Translations under genes and position numbers: made by a program
In this document: positions 37,256 through 45,960 of the stretch, piece by piece
How the letters are laid out: each line of letters opens with the position of its first letter
Position numbering within the stretch: position 1 is the stretch's first letter
The notes under the pieces: model-generated
What the model was told of the DNA's origin: nothing
Databases searched by the model: none
What the model saw: only the letters and a program-made list of their open reading frames with translations
Assembly (NCBI GenBank): GCA_020536535.1
Contig: JAHLWZ010000924.1
Coordinates: forward strand, 1-45,960
Source of the DNA: Pelomyxa schiedti
Lineage: Eukaryota; Protista; Evosea
Direction of reading: 5' to 3'
DNA length: 45,960 nucleotides

Positions 37256-37492
37256 ACCTCCCTGGGTCCGCAACACCCTTGCATCAATCACTCAACTATG
37301 AAAACAAACTCAATGAGCCCTCACACAGTAGACGCGGTTTTTTTGCTGTTTTTTTAATAACTATTGTCACAACGAAACGCCAAAAGGGGAAATTTGATGG
37401 TGTGACCCACCCAAACAACTTTATTCAGTTGCCTCATTTCAGTAGAGGAAGGGGTTATTCACTAGCCCTGTTACATCAAGCCCATTGGATTT

Positions 37493-39235
37493 TCAAGGTT
37501 TGCTGTGGTTGGTGATGGTGTTGTTATTGTTGACATTTTCATTTGTGCTGTTGGTGCTGGTTGTTGCTGGTGTTTGGGGACATACCCTTCGTTTCTTCCT
37601 TTTGGATTTGTTGGTGCACTGGTATATGGGCAAGTGGGTGTGTGTTCCATTGTAGGCAACAACGACTTCATTGCCCCGCCTTTCCACATGCTTCTTTGCA
37701 GTGCACCCACGTGTTGTGCAGCGGTAGTAGCTCCGGGACACCGGTGTGAGAGAGGGTGATTGCTGAGATGTCTTTTTGATTGCCTTTTGACCGTACTTCC
37801 TCCAGCAGTATCCATCATTGGAAGGATTGTAGTTTTCCCATGACAGGTGCCCGTCACTTTCCTCGCCATCTCCTGGTGCTTCAGTCCTGGGAGGCATCAT
37901 AGCTTCTGTGTTTGGTGTAACCTGCCAAACCGGGTCCGCAACCATATTCAGCCCGCCAGTATTTGTAACTGTGCTATTTGTGCAGCTTGGCATGGGGGTG
38001 GGAAGGTATTCAGTATTCTGAGGCACATTACCAGGCACTGGAAAGCCAGAGCAAACACTTTGTAGAACACACGCTGCCATACACGCAGGGGATGCCTCAG
38101 TGCAGAACTGTGGGACATTAGGCGTGGGTATGATTTTTCTGGCTACAAGTTGTGTGTCACTTTCATCGTCACTTTGAACAGATGGTACGGTAGTGTAATT
38201 ATAAAGGTATTCACAGGGTTGAGTTTGGAAGTTGAATGGAGTGTCTGGAGGAACTGACTGTGGTTGCTGGAATTGAACTTGTTCCTGTCGCGGGGCATCA
38301 AGTTCCATCTTTGGGTAAGTCGGCAGGGCAGTTGTTGTGTTGCTGGTATCCTCTGCCATAATCTGCTGTGGCTCTATTTGGTGTGGTTGGTGCCGCTTGT
38401 GTGCCTGGTGTGACTTTGTATGTGGGAATTCCTGTTTCACGTGAGTTTTTTTGCTGTTCCCAACTTGCCGTGGTTTCTCACACGCGACGTTACTGGGTTT
38501 CTGTTGTTGTTGTTGCTGCTGCTGTTGTTGTGGTTGTTGTTGTTGTGGCTGTTGATGGTGATGGTGATGATGTCGATTGTTTCCGCTATTATTAGAATTA
38601 CTATTACTATTAGTGTCAGTTCCGCCGGTCGTGATTGCGGTGTGCCGTGAATATGGAGAAGTTGCAGCTGGATCGTTCGTCGTAGTATTGGTACTAGCAG
38701 CATCAGATGGATTTTGGATATTTCCACTCTGGTTGTAGTCCTCCTCCTCGTCTTCGTCCTCCTCATGAGGAAAAGGCATTCTCTCCACGCCAGTGTGCAT
38801 TTCCTCGGCCCCTTGGTCGCGGGTACCTGCGGCGGTACTAGCAGTCGTAGGCTGGACCGCCGCCGCAGCCGGGGAAACGTAAGGCCCCATGCACGCGGCC
38901 CCGGCCCCGGCCCCGGTCTCGTGGGTGATGGCAGAGAGCACCTTGCCGCGGTCCGGGGGCTGCTGCTGCAGTTGCGGGCCATGGTGGGGGGCAACCGGGG
39001 AGCCGGGGGGCGCGGCATGGACCGGGGCAGGGGGGCCGTGGAGGATCCCGCAGCGGCAGCAACAGGCGCACCCGGTGCACTGCGGGGGGGCCCCGTCGGC
39101 AGGGGGCGGCGCCGCGGGAGGGGCGGACGCGGAGGTGGCCGTGGTCGTAGCCGTGGCCGGGGGGGCGCTGGGGGGTCCGAAGTTCAGTAGACGCGACGCT
39201 ACAGGGCCGGTGCGCCGCTGCTGTGCGTTACCCAT
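37493..39235 (-). CDS. WRKY transcription factor (single C-terminal WRKY domain; long uninterrupted ORF)
   Basis: NDGYCWRKYGQKAIK...RSYYRCTTRGCTAKKHVERRGNEVVVAYNGTHTH (C2H2-type finger). Long low-complexity N-terminus, basic NLS-like KSKRKKRR. Confidence 0.93.
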   Translation of the reverse strand: MGNAQQRRTGPVASRLLNFGPPSAPPATATTTATSASAPPAAPPPADGAPPQCTGCACCCRCGILHGPPAPVHAAPPGSPVAPHHGPQLQQQPPDRGKVLSAITHETGAGAGAACMGPYVSPAAAAVQPTTASTAAGTRDQGAEEMHTGVERMPFPHEEDEDEEEDYNQSGNIQNPSDAASTNTTTNDPAATSPYSRHTAITTGGTDTNSNSNSNNSGNNRHHHHHHQQPQQQQPQQQQQQQQQQKPSNVACEKPRQVGNSKKTHVKQEFPHTKSHQAHKRHQPHQIEPQQIMAEDTSNTTTALPTYPKMELDAPRQEQVQFQQPQSVPPDTPFNFQTQPCEYLYNYTTVPSVQSDDESDTQLVARKIIPTPNVPQFCTEASPACMAACVLQSVCSGFPVPGNVPQNTEYLPTPMPSCTNSTVTNTGGLNMVADPVWQVTPNTEAMMPPRTEAPGDGEESDGHLSWENYNPSNDGYCWRKYGQKAIKKTSQQSPSLTPVSRSYYRCTTRGCTAKKHVERRGNEVVVAYNGTHTHLPIYQCTNKSKRKKRRVCPQTPATTSTNSTNENVNNNNTITNHSKP

Positions 39236-39427
39236 GATCACAAACCCAAAAAAAAAAAAAAACTAAAGTTCAGCTTGGGGAGCCTTTGTTCGCGCCCACT
39301 ACTCATTTCCCGTTGGGAGAAAGGAGACACGGGCCAAAGTGAGAAGAAATGTGGGAGCGGTATTTTTTTTTAACCAGGCTTGGGTATCCCCTTTATACAC
39401 TTACATATACCGCTCCACAACAATAAG

Positions 39428-39736
39428 TTAGTCGATTGGCCCCACAGTGTTACATATCAACAACCCGAGGGAAAGTAAGCAGAACGCCGAGGATTGTATG
39501 TCTGAGGATACATAAGGCTTGGTAACAAAAAACAAAAAAAAAAAAAAACGGCAGGGACGAACAGGATCGTAATCAGAGGGGAATAGCTCATGACAGTTCT
39601 TCCAGCGGCCATCTTTGGCCCCATAGCACCCCGTGGCAGGGAGGGTGGTCTCAACCCCGCTGTTGTCGCAGGGCGCATGTATGTTACGTCCAAGTTCGGG
39701 GTGTGCCAAGACAAATTCGGTTGTAGTTGACGACAT
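39428..39736 (-). CDS. Possible small hypothetical protein (splice pattern unresolved)
   Basis: GC-richer island with ATG 39736 (MSSTTTEFVLAHPELGRN...DYDPVRP), followed by an intron-like T-rich tract and a possible second exon. No recognised motif. Confidence 0.3.
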   Translation of the reverse strand: MSSTTTEFVLAHPELGRNIHAPCDNSGVETTLPATGCYGAKDGRWKNCHELFPSDYDPVRPCRFFFFLFFVTKPYVSSDIQSSAFCLLSLGLLICNTVGPID

Positions 39737-39963
39737 AGGGGCGTACTGCGGCAGAGGTCATCATAGAGATGCGAACAAAAATAACCAATAAAATAAATTC
39801 GAACTACGTACGACAACGCGTAGCACCTTGCTGTTTCAAAAAACCGGTTTTTTTTGTTTTTCTTTTTGTTTTTGTTTTCGAGCGTTTACCGTACACCAAA
39901 CTAATTTGGTGTCCGACAGTCGAAGGGTATTTTTGGATTCACTGAAGTAGAGTACACAAAAGA

Positions 39964-41514
39964 TCACAGTAGCAAGCCAGGCAGAGTACGGACACTTAAG
40001 TCGTTCAAACCTGAGGTGCAGGCAATGACACTGCGGGTTGGGTTGATGTCAAAGTCCGTTATTTGTTGCCAATAGTGCGTGGTATCGTAGAGTGTGTGCG
40101 CGGAAGATCTTCCGTTATCCAGTGTGACTAGACACATTAGAATTAACTGTCAGCAAGTGCAAGAGCGTACCATTTGAGGGGAGGTTCCACCACGAAAGGG
40201 TCGAGTCACCACATGAGGCCATGTACTGGGAATCGAATTTACAGAACTGGACTCTCCAAACTATTTGTATTTCAGATCCCAAGTGTGTATGAGAAGAGCA
40301 GACCATTTGATTTATGTGCTTGGCAGGTTTGGAGAGGAGTCCGCGTCTGCCGTTTGTCCCAATAATCTACTTGTCCAGTACTCCTTCCCACTGCTAACAT
40401 CTACTTAACAACAGGAGATGAATGGCATTATCTGAAAAGATAAAGGAAACGTACATATTCGACACCAGATCTTGGGGAAACCGAGTGAATAATGTCTGGT
40501 AAAGTTGCTGAGGAGACTGTGCTAAGTGGTAATGAGAAGGGAAAAAGGTTCGCTGGTAAACACAGACTGTTTCAAGGTTACGGATGGGGTTGTGGGGTGC
40601 CGTAGGTCCCAAAATTTGACACATGAGCCTGCGCTGATGAGGTCATTGTTCGTGAACACAAGATTTTGAATAGTAAAACTTTCAGCATAATCTTCCATTC
40701 AGGTTAGAAAGCTTTTTTGAACAGAGGTACAGACCAATTTTGTGGATGACTTGGAGAGTGCCAATTTTCAAGAAAGAAATAGACCCATCTGCACAACCAG
40801 TGGCTATTTCACCATTACTGTCATTTGATGCCACACTTGTACACTGCCCATTGTGCACCTGTGCTTCTCCAGATACCTCAAGCCTAGTTCCTGTGGACAA
40901 ATATCAGATCGGAAGGGTTCACATTAAAAAAAGAAACCCGTCAAGTCTGTCTGGGTGCGATAACACAAAAGTCTACCAGCTGTAGTTGTAACGCATATCA
41001 GTGATGACAGATGGTCCAGTGTTGCAATCTGAAAGCAAAAGGGAGAACTTTCTTTGAAACATAAAGGAATTTCATACATGAAGGTCAACACCGGTTCCCA
41101 CAAAGGATTGTGTTACTCTCTTTTGTAGCATGTGCTCAGAGTTTGGGCAGTATTCCCACAGAGACACCTCGGAACTCTGTAATAAGGATACCTCATTATT
41201 AAGTAGCCAACAAAGTAAATATAAATAAATAAATAAAATAAATAAATAAAAAAGAACAAGAAGATGAGGATTAGAAATGGGCGTACGAAACGTTCTCTGG
41301 AGACACAAGTCAACTTTGTCGACGGCAGCCCCGACTGGGGGTGCCACCTCACGCGAGCCACCGGCACGCCCACAAACACCCTCGCCCCCGCGCTCGCCGC
41401 CGCCCCGTCGTCCGCCATCTCCCCGCCGCTGTCCTCGCTGCACCCCTCCCCCATCGCCGAGGAGGGGGTCGTGGTTGCTGCTTTTTCTGGCGTGGCGCCG
41501 CTGTAGTCGCTCAT
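39964..41514 (-). CDS. WD40 protein, Nup43-like (start codon uncertain)
   Basis: RVFVGVPVARVRWHP, VSLWEY, HNGQCTSVASNDSNGEIATGCADGSISF, CVKIWDLRHP, TGQVDYWDKRQTRTPLQTCQAHKSN, VWRVQF follow the motif order I recall for Nup43. Stop TGA 39966-39964. Confidence 0.6.
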
Positions 41515-41811
41515 CTGAGGCGGGAGGCCTCCCACCGTTGTCGCCGACAATGGCAGCGTGGCCGTGCGTGTCAGCTGCATCGGCCGTAATATCGGCCCAG
41601 ATCTACTGGCGCTGTCGCCCGCTGCTCTCAGCATCTCGAAGAAAAAAGGCAACAACCCTGGATTTAATTGTGATACGAACTAGCGAAAAAAAATTGATTG
41701 AATCTCTTCTCTGAATCTTATTTGTCCGCGGATAAGGATTTCCAAAGGGAAAGAGAAAGTCTATGTGCAAACAGGCCAAGACCTGTTGATAGGATGCATG
41801 CGATATTTTGT

Positions 41812-44100
41812 TTACCAGTACTGTCTATAGAAGTCGGTGTTGAAGTCGTAAGGTTTTTCATCACTCTGGGGTTTTTTGCTGCTCTGTCTGCCCTTTTTGG
41901 CTTGCTTCTTCATCTGCAGCTTTCTTTGCTTGTTGAGTTGTTGTGCGCCACCGCCGGCTTCGTACTGTACAGGTGCTTTGCTGCTTTGATTTGCGCGGGT
42001 TCTTGTGGATGTGGTTGCAGTTGTCGTGGTTGTTGATGTTGTGCTTGTTGATTTCGTTCTTGATTTCGATCTGGTGGATGGTGTTACTTCACTGACTTCG
42101 TCTTCATCGTCGTCTTCACCTTCCTCTTCCGCTTCATCTTCTTCATAATCCTCTCCTTCCTCTTCTTCTTCATCTCCATCTTCATCTCCTTCTCCTTCTC
42201 CTTCCTCTTCACCTCTATCGTCTTCACTACCCGAGGCTTCATCACTCTCCATGTCAGAATCTACATAGCAAACCCCTTTCTCACCTTCAACCTTAGCTCC
42301 CTCGATCTCGTCTATTCTCTCGCCAATGACCTCTCTATCATCTTCAGGTTCCGGCTCCGGCATGGGTTCAAGTGCTAATTCATCAAGTTTGGCCCAGTCC
42401 AGTCCAGGTGCCAGTTCACTCACGATGGAGGCACTCACATGCACTCCTTCCCTCCTCTCAGGTGCCTCACACCAGTATTTAATTTTCCCTGATGTCCATG
42501 ATTTGATAATCTCTCTGGCTGCCTTAACTATGTCTGGCACTCCCCCACGCATCAGCATGTTGCGTCTCTTAGCTACATCGAAGAGTAGTTGTCTTATTGC
42601 GTCGCCGTCAAAACCGGCTGAAGCTGCGGGATTTGGAGGGAGAGAGTATCTCTCTCGTATCGGCTGGTCATTACCGCACCTCTCGATCATCAGTTTTACA
42701 GCTTCTTGGGGATCATCCACCTGTGTCTCACTGAGCACACCACACAAAGCCATCTCTGCTTGTGTGGGAGGTGTTCCTCCCTCCTTTCCAACACCAAAGA
42801 CTATACCAGGGGAGTCCAATAAGCTTATGTCTTTGTCCAATTTGATTTCACTGATCTCTTTTGTGTAACCAGGCATGGCTGAAACACCAACAGCGCGTGC
42901 TCGCTTCAAACTGTTGATGAGAGAGCTTTTACCAACGTTGGGGAACCCAATAACACCGACCTAGGTGTGAAGTCAGCTTTCAAATTTAAATCGAATTGTG
43001 GGTTGAACATACAGTTATTCCAAGTTTTGGCCCTTTTTTCCCAGCAGGCTTTATAGCAGAATCGGCATCTGGGGCTGCGGCAGTTTCGCCTGGAGTAGGG
43101 TTTTGTAACGCTCTCCCGCCACTTCGGCAGTAGTTTTTTAGAAGATGGAGCAATGCTGCTCCACCAACACATTCTATAACTCCTTTACTCTTTGAGTCGG
43201 GAGTTGCAGCATGGCCTTTGGGGCGAGGACCTCCACCTCCACCTGCATGCTCAGTCGCACACCGGAATGCAATGGTGGGGAACTCATCGCGGAGATGTTT
43301 CACCCATTTTGATACAACCTAAAAAACCGTGAGTGAGGTGTTAATACTGAGGTGCATAGTGTACTTCTTTAGGAACGAGATCTATCTTATTTAGAATTAA
43401 CACGAGCCGTTTTTTTGGGTCAGCAACAACTACTTTCTCCGCTTCATAACAACGGCACCCTAGAGGGTCTCTGTATGATGATTACTGTGGAAAATATAGT
43501 AGCCACAATCATACCGTGCATCTAAAATCTCAAGCACAACATCAGCAGATTGCACTACATTGCTAAATAATTTGTGATACTGCCTCATTGACAAATCACG
43601 TCTGTCTCGGGACGCAGCCACGTCCCCAGATTCCTTGCTCGCCTCATAGTCTCGTTCACGCTATTCCGTGAAATTAAGAAAAGGTGAAATTTTCTAAGAG
43701 AAGGTTGATACCTGCGCAGCGGCAGCTAATACAGAACCCATATTTCGAGCCTCGTTGATTTTCTGGTTCCTTGCATCTTTTTTACGCTGGCGTTCCTCGG
43801 CAAGCCTTACATTGTGTGCTTCAATTTTCTCAAGTAGTTCCTATTTACAATGCAAAAATGAACAAGGGAGTACGAGGTACAAGAGTTGTTTTTTTTTTTT
43901 AAACAAGGGGGAATGTGGAGAACCTCTTTGAAGGGGTACAAGTTTGGTATTCCCGGCTCCTTTTTGAGCTTCTTCCTCCCCTGAGGGTTTTTTTTGGCGT
44001 CACGACGTTTTTGAGTGCGAAGCTTGGCGATGCGCTTCGCCATTTTTTTTTGCCTCGCGAGGGGTATCCTCTTCGACATACGCGGTTTCTTCAGCGGCAT
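41812..44100 (-). CDS. GNL3: Nucleolar circularly permuted GTPase GNL3/nucleostemin/Nug1
   Basis: Basic N-terminus [11 protein letters not shown]...[14 protein letters not shown]; [11 protein letters not shown]; LNKID; [34 protein letters not shown]; LLDSPGIVF; GGVPD; acidic then basic tail. Confidence 0.92.
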
Positions 44101-44468
44101 GATGGTGACGTTGCTGTTGTTGTTGTTGTTATCGCAATACAACAGTGATGAGAGGAAGATGACAGCGAGCTCGGCCGGGTGGTGGTCCAAGGGGCTCTAT
44201 TAAGAATAATAACTTAATTAATCGGGTGCAACTGCGATCACTCTGGGTGATCCAGATCTCAGCCTCTGAGGAAGTGATGATCTGTCCATCAAATCTCCAC
44301 TCTGGGGCACCCCGCTTGCGTGTGTTTGTGTTTGACAACGAAAAATTTGCTGGCACTGCCTGACAGATGTTCCAGATTTCGTCTCATAAACCCGTCGCAT
44401 CCGAATCATTTTTTGTTTTCAAACAAAACCAAACAAACACACTTCGTTTCCCAAATAACACCCACGAG

Positions 44469-45572
44469 ATGGCCTCTACACCTGCTCGAAAAATTCTCGG
44501 GACCCTCGTTCTTAATGAGTCCGCGTGCGTCAAGTGCGGCAGTTGTGCTCGAGAATGTCCCATGGGCCGTAATTACCCACTCCCTTTTTTGTTTTTTTTT
44601 TTTAATATTTGAAAAACCTAACTCATTATGTCAAGTTATTAAAATGAATCCTGGGGAGCACCCTGTTATGCCTGCTCAATGCATTAAGGCATGTTCTCGC
44701 TATGTTGATGTTCTTGTTCTCAGTTTCTCTTTTTTTTTTTTTAGTGTGGGCACTGTGGGGCTGCATGTCCTGTCAGAGCCATAGGATATGATAACACCAC
44801 CGTGGAGGAATTCCCACCAATCGTTCCAGAGCTACGCTGTTCACCTCAACAGGTTCGATACTTGCTTGTCACATGACAGAAAAAGCTTACATTTCCGCAG
44901 ATAGAACAACTTGTGAGGAGCCGCAGGTCAATTCGCCGCTTCAAGCCGACTCTGGAAAGAGCAAAACTTGACAAGTTACTCGACCTGATTCATTATGCCC
45001 AAACCGGTGGAAACACCCAGTCGGTTGAGTACCTAGTGTTACTCAATCCGGAACAGGTCTCGTGCATTACTCGCAACTACCAAAACCTTACAGGAAAAAA
45101 CTTAGAAACACAGATTCGCCCAAATGGTAATAGACTGGGCCCAGGAGCACTCCAGCACATTCCCATATATCAAGATGATGATTGACGGATGGAACAAGGG
45201 CGTCGATGTTGTGTTCAGAGGCGCACCTTGTGTCATAATCGCTCTTTGCCAAAAGCCTGGCACAGACATGAGTGCCGCAGACGGGGCCATTGCAATGGCA
45301 ACAGCCGAGCTGATTGCCCCTACCCTTGGACTCGGTACATGCTGGGCTGGATTCCTTCAAATGGCTGCCAAGACATCCACCGCGCTGCAGGCTGAGTTTG
45401 GTGATAGGATGCTTACTGCGGCAGTAAGTATTCCATACCTTGCCATTACAATAACATTTTATATTGCATTTACATCACTAAACCCGTTAAATAGATCATG
45501 GTTGGTGAGCCAGTGGCCTCATACCATTCATGTGTTCCAAGAAACAGTCCTAAAATTGATTTCCTCCTCTAA
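44469..45572 (+). CDS. Ferredoxin (2x[4Fe-4S])-nitroreductase fusion
   Basis: CVKCGSCARECPMG and, after a GC-AG intron, CIK|CGHCGAACP. Nitroreductase motifs RSRRSIRRFK, AQTGGNTQ, VFRGAPCVII, LGLGTCWAGF, IMVGEP. Stop TAA 45570-45572. Confidence 0.92.
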
Positions 45573-45616
45573 AAAGAACATCTTCATTTTCTGGAAGTTA
45601 AATTGGCGGGATTAGA

Positions 45617-45960
45617 CTATAGATAAAAAAACGAGTCCTTGATACAACATGGATCTTTACCAGATATGTGGCTGAATAAAAAACACCAGACCACCAGCTG
45701 AGCAGTTGGGACACCCCCTGCTGACACAGTTTTTGTTTCCTCTTTCAAAGTGACGCTACCCAGGTGTTTGTAACAACGAAAATCCACTGCACTCACTACA
45801 TCTTTTCCTCCTTTTGCACACAAAGGAAAATAATACGGTTTTTTTATTTCCTTTAAACAAAGCATTCACAAAATCTGGAAAATGATGTCTGCAATCCATC
45901 ATTCTTTGGTGTACAATACAATCCACAATAATAGATAGCACAATCTGCGGTCAAAACAGT
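45617..45960 (-). CDS. 3' end of an unidentified gene entering from the right edge
   Basis: Terminal ORF 45617-45865 and an upstream exon-like segment after ttgaccgcag. No family recognised. Confidence 0.4.

Noticed and set aside
37493-39241. WRKY as part of an active Mutator-like transposon
   Set aside because: No DDE transposase domain, terminal inverted repeats or target-site duplications are visible.
38437-39266. Overlapping and antisense ORFs across the WRKY 5' region
   Set aside because: Produced by stop-codon scarcity in GC-rich sequence; no independent coding signal.
42050-42300. Purine/pyrimidine-skewed repetitive tract
   Set aside because: It encodes the acidic Glu/Asp tail of GNL3, an ordinary feature of nucleolar GTPases.

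Overview
Eukaryotic, very gene-dense DNA with many short introns (mostly about 40-75 nt) and A/T homopolymer-rich spacers. It holds about 19 protein-coding genes, two of them cut by the window edges. I recognised no RNA genes, CRISPR arrays or transposons. Gene content (ferredoxin-nitroreductase fusion, non-plant WRKY, receptor TKL kinase, loop-less cathepsin B) suggests an anaerobic amoebozoan, possibly an archamoeba such as Pelomyxa; this is inference only. Housekeeping genes: PP4 catalytic subunit, WDR6/Trm734, PIG-S, GNL3/Nug1, a Nup43-like WD40 protein, an SLC45/SUT-type transporter, a GPR137/TOM1-like 7TM protein, a PPIE-like RRM protein and a Rab1-like GTPase. Three multi-domain genes stand out once introns are spliced by hand: (1) a giant gene of about 7.6 kb with a toxin-like layout (His-Me/HNH-like nuclease motif, long beta-rich region, coiled coil with a hydrophobic hairpin, repeated C-terminal modules); (2) a DIX domain fused to an NCS-1/calcineurin-B-like EF-hand sensor; (3) RCC1 repeats, an F-box and an Arf-like GTPase in one reading frame. 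Splicing oddities include a 2-nt microexon and two GC-AG introns. All gene models are manual and all family calls come from motif recognition, not database searches.
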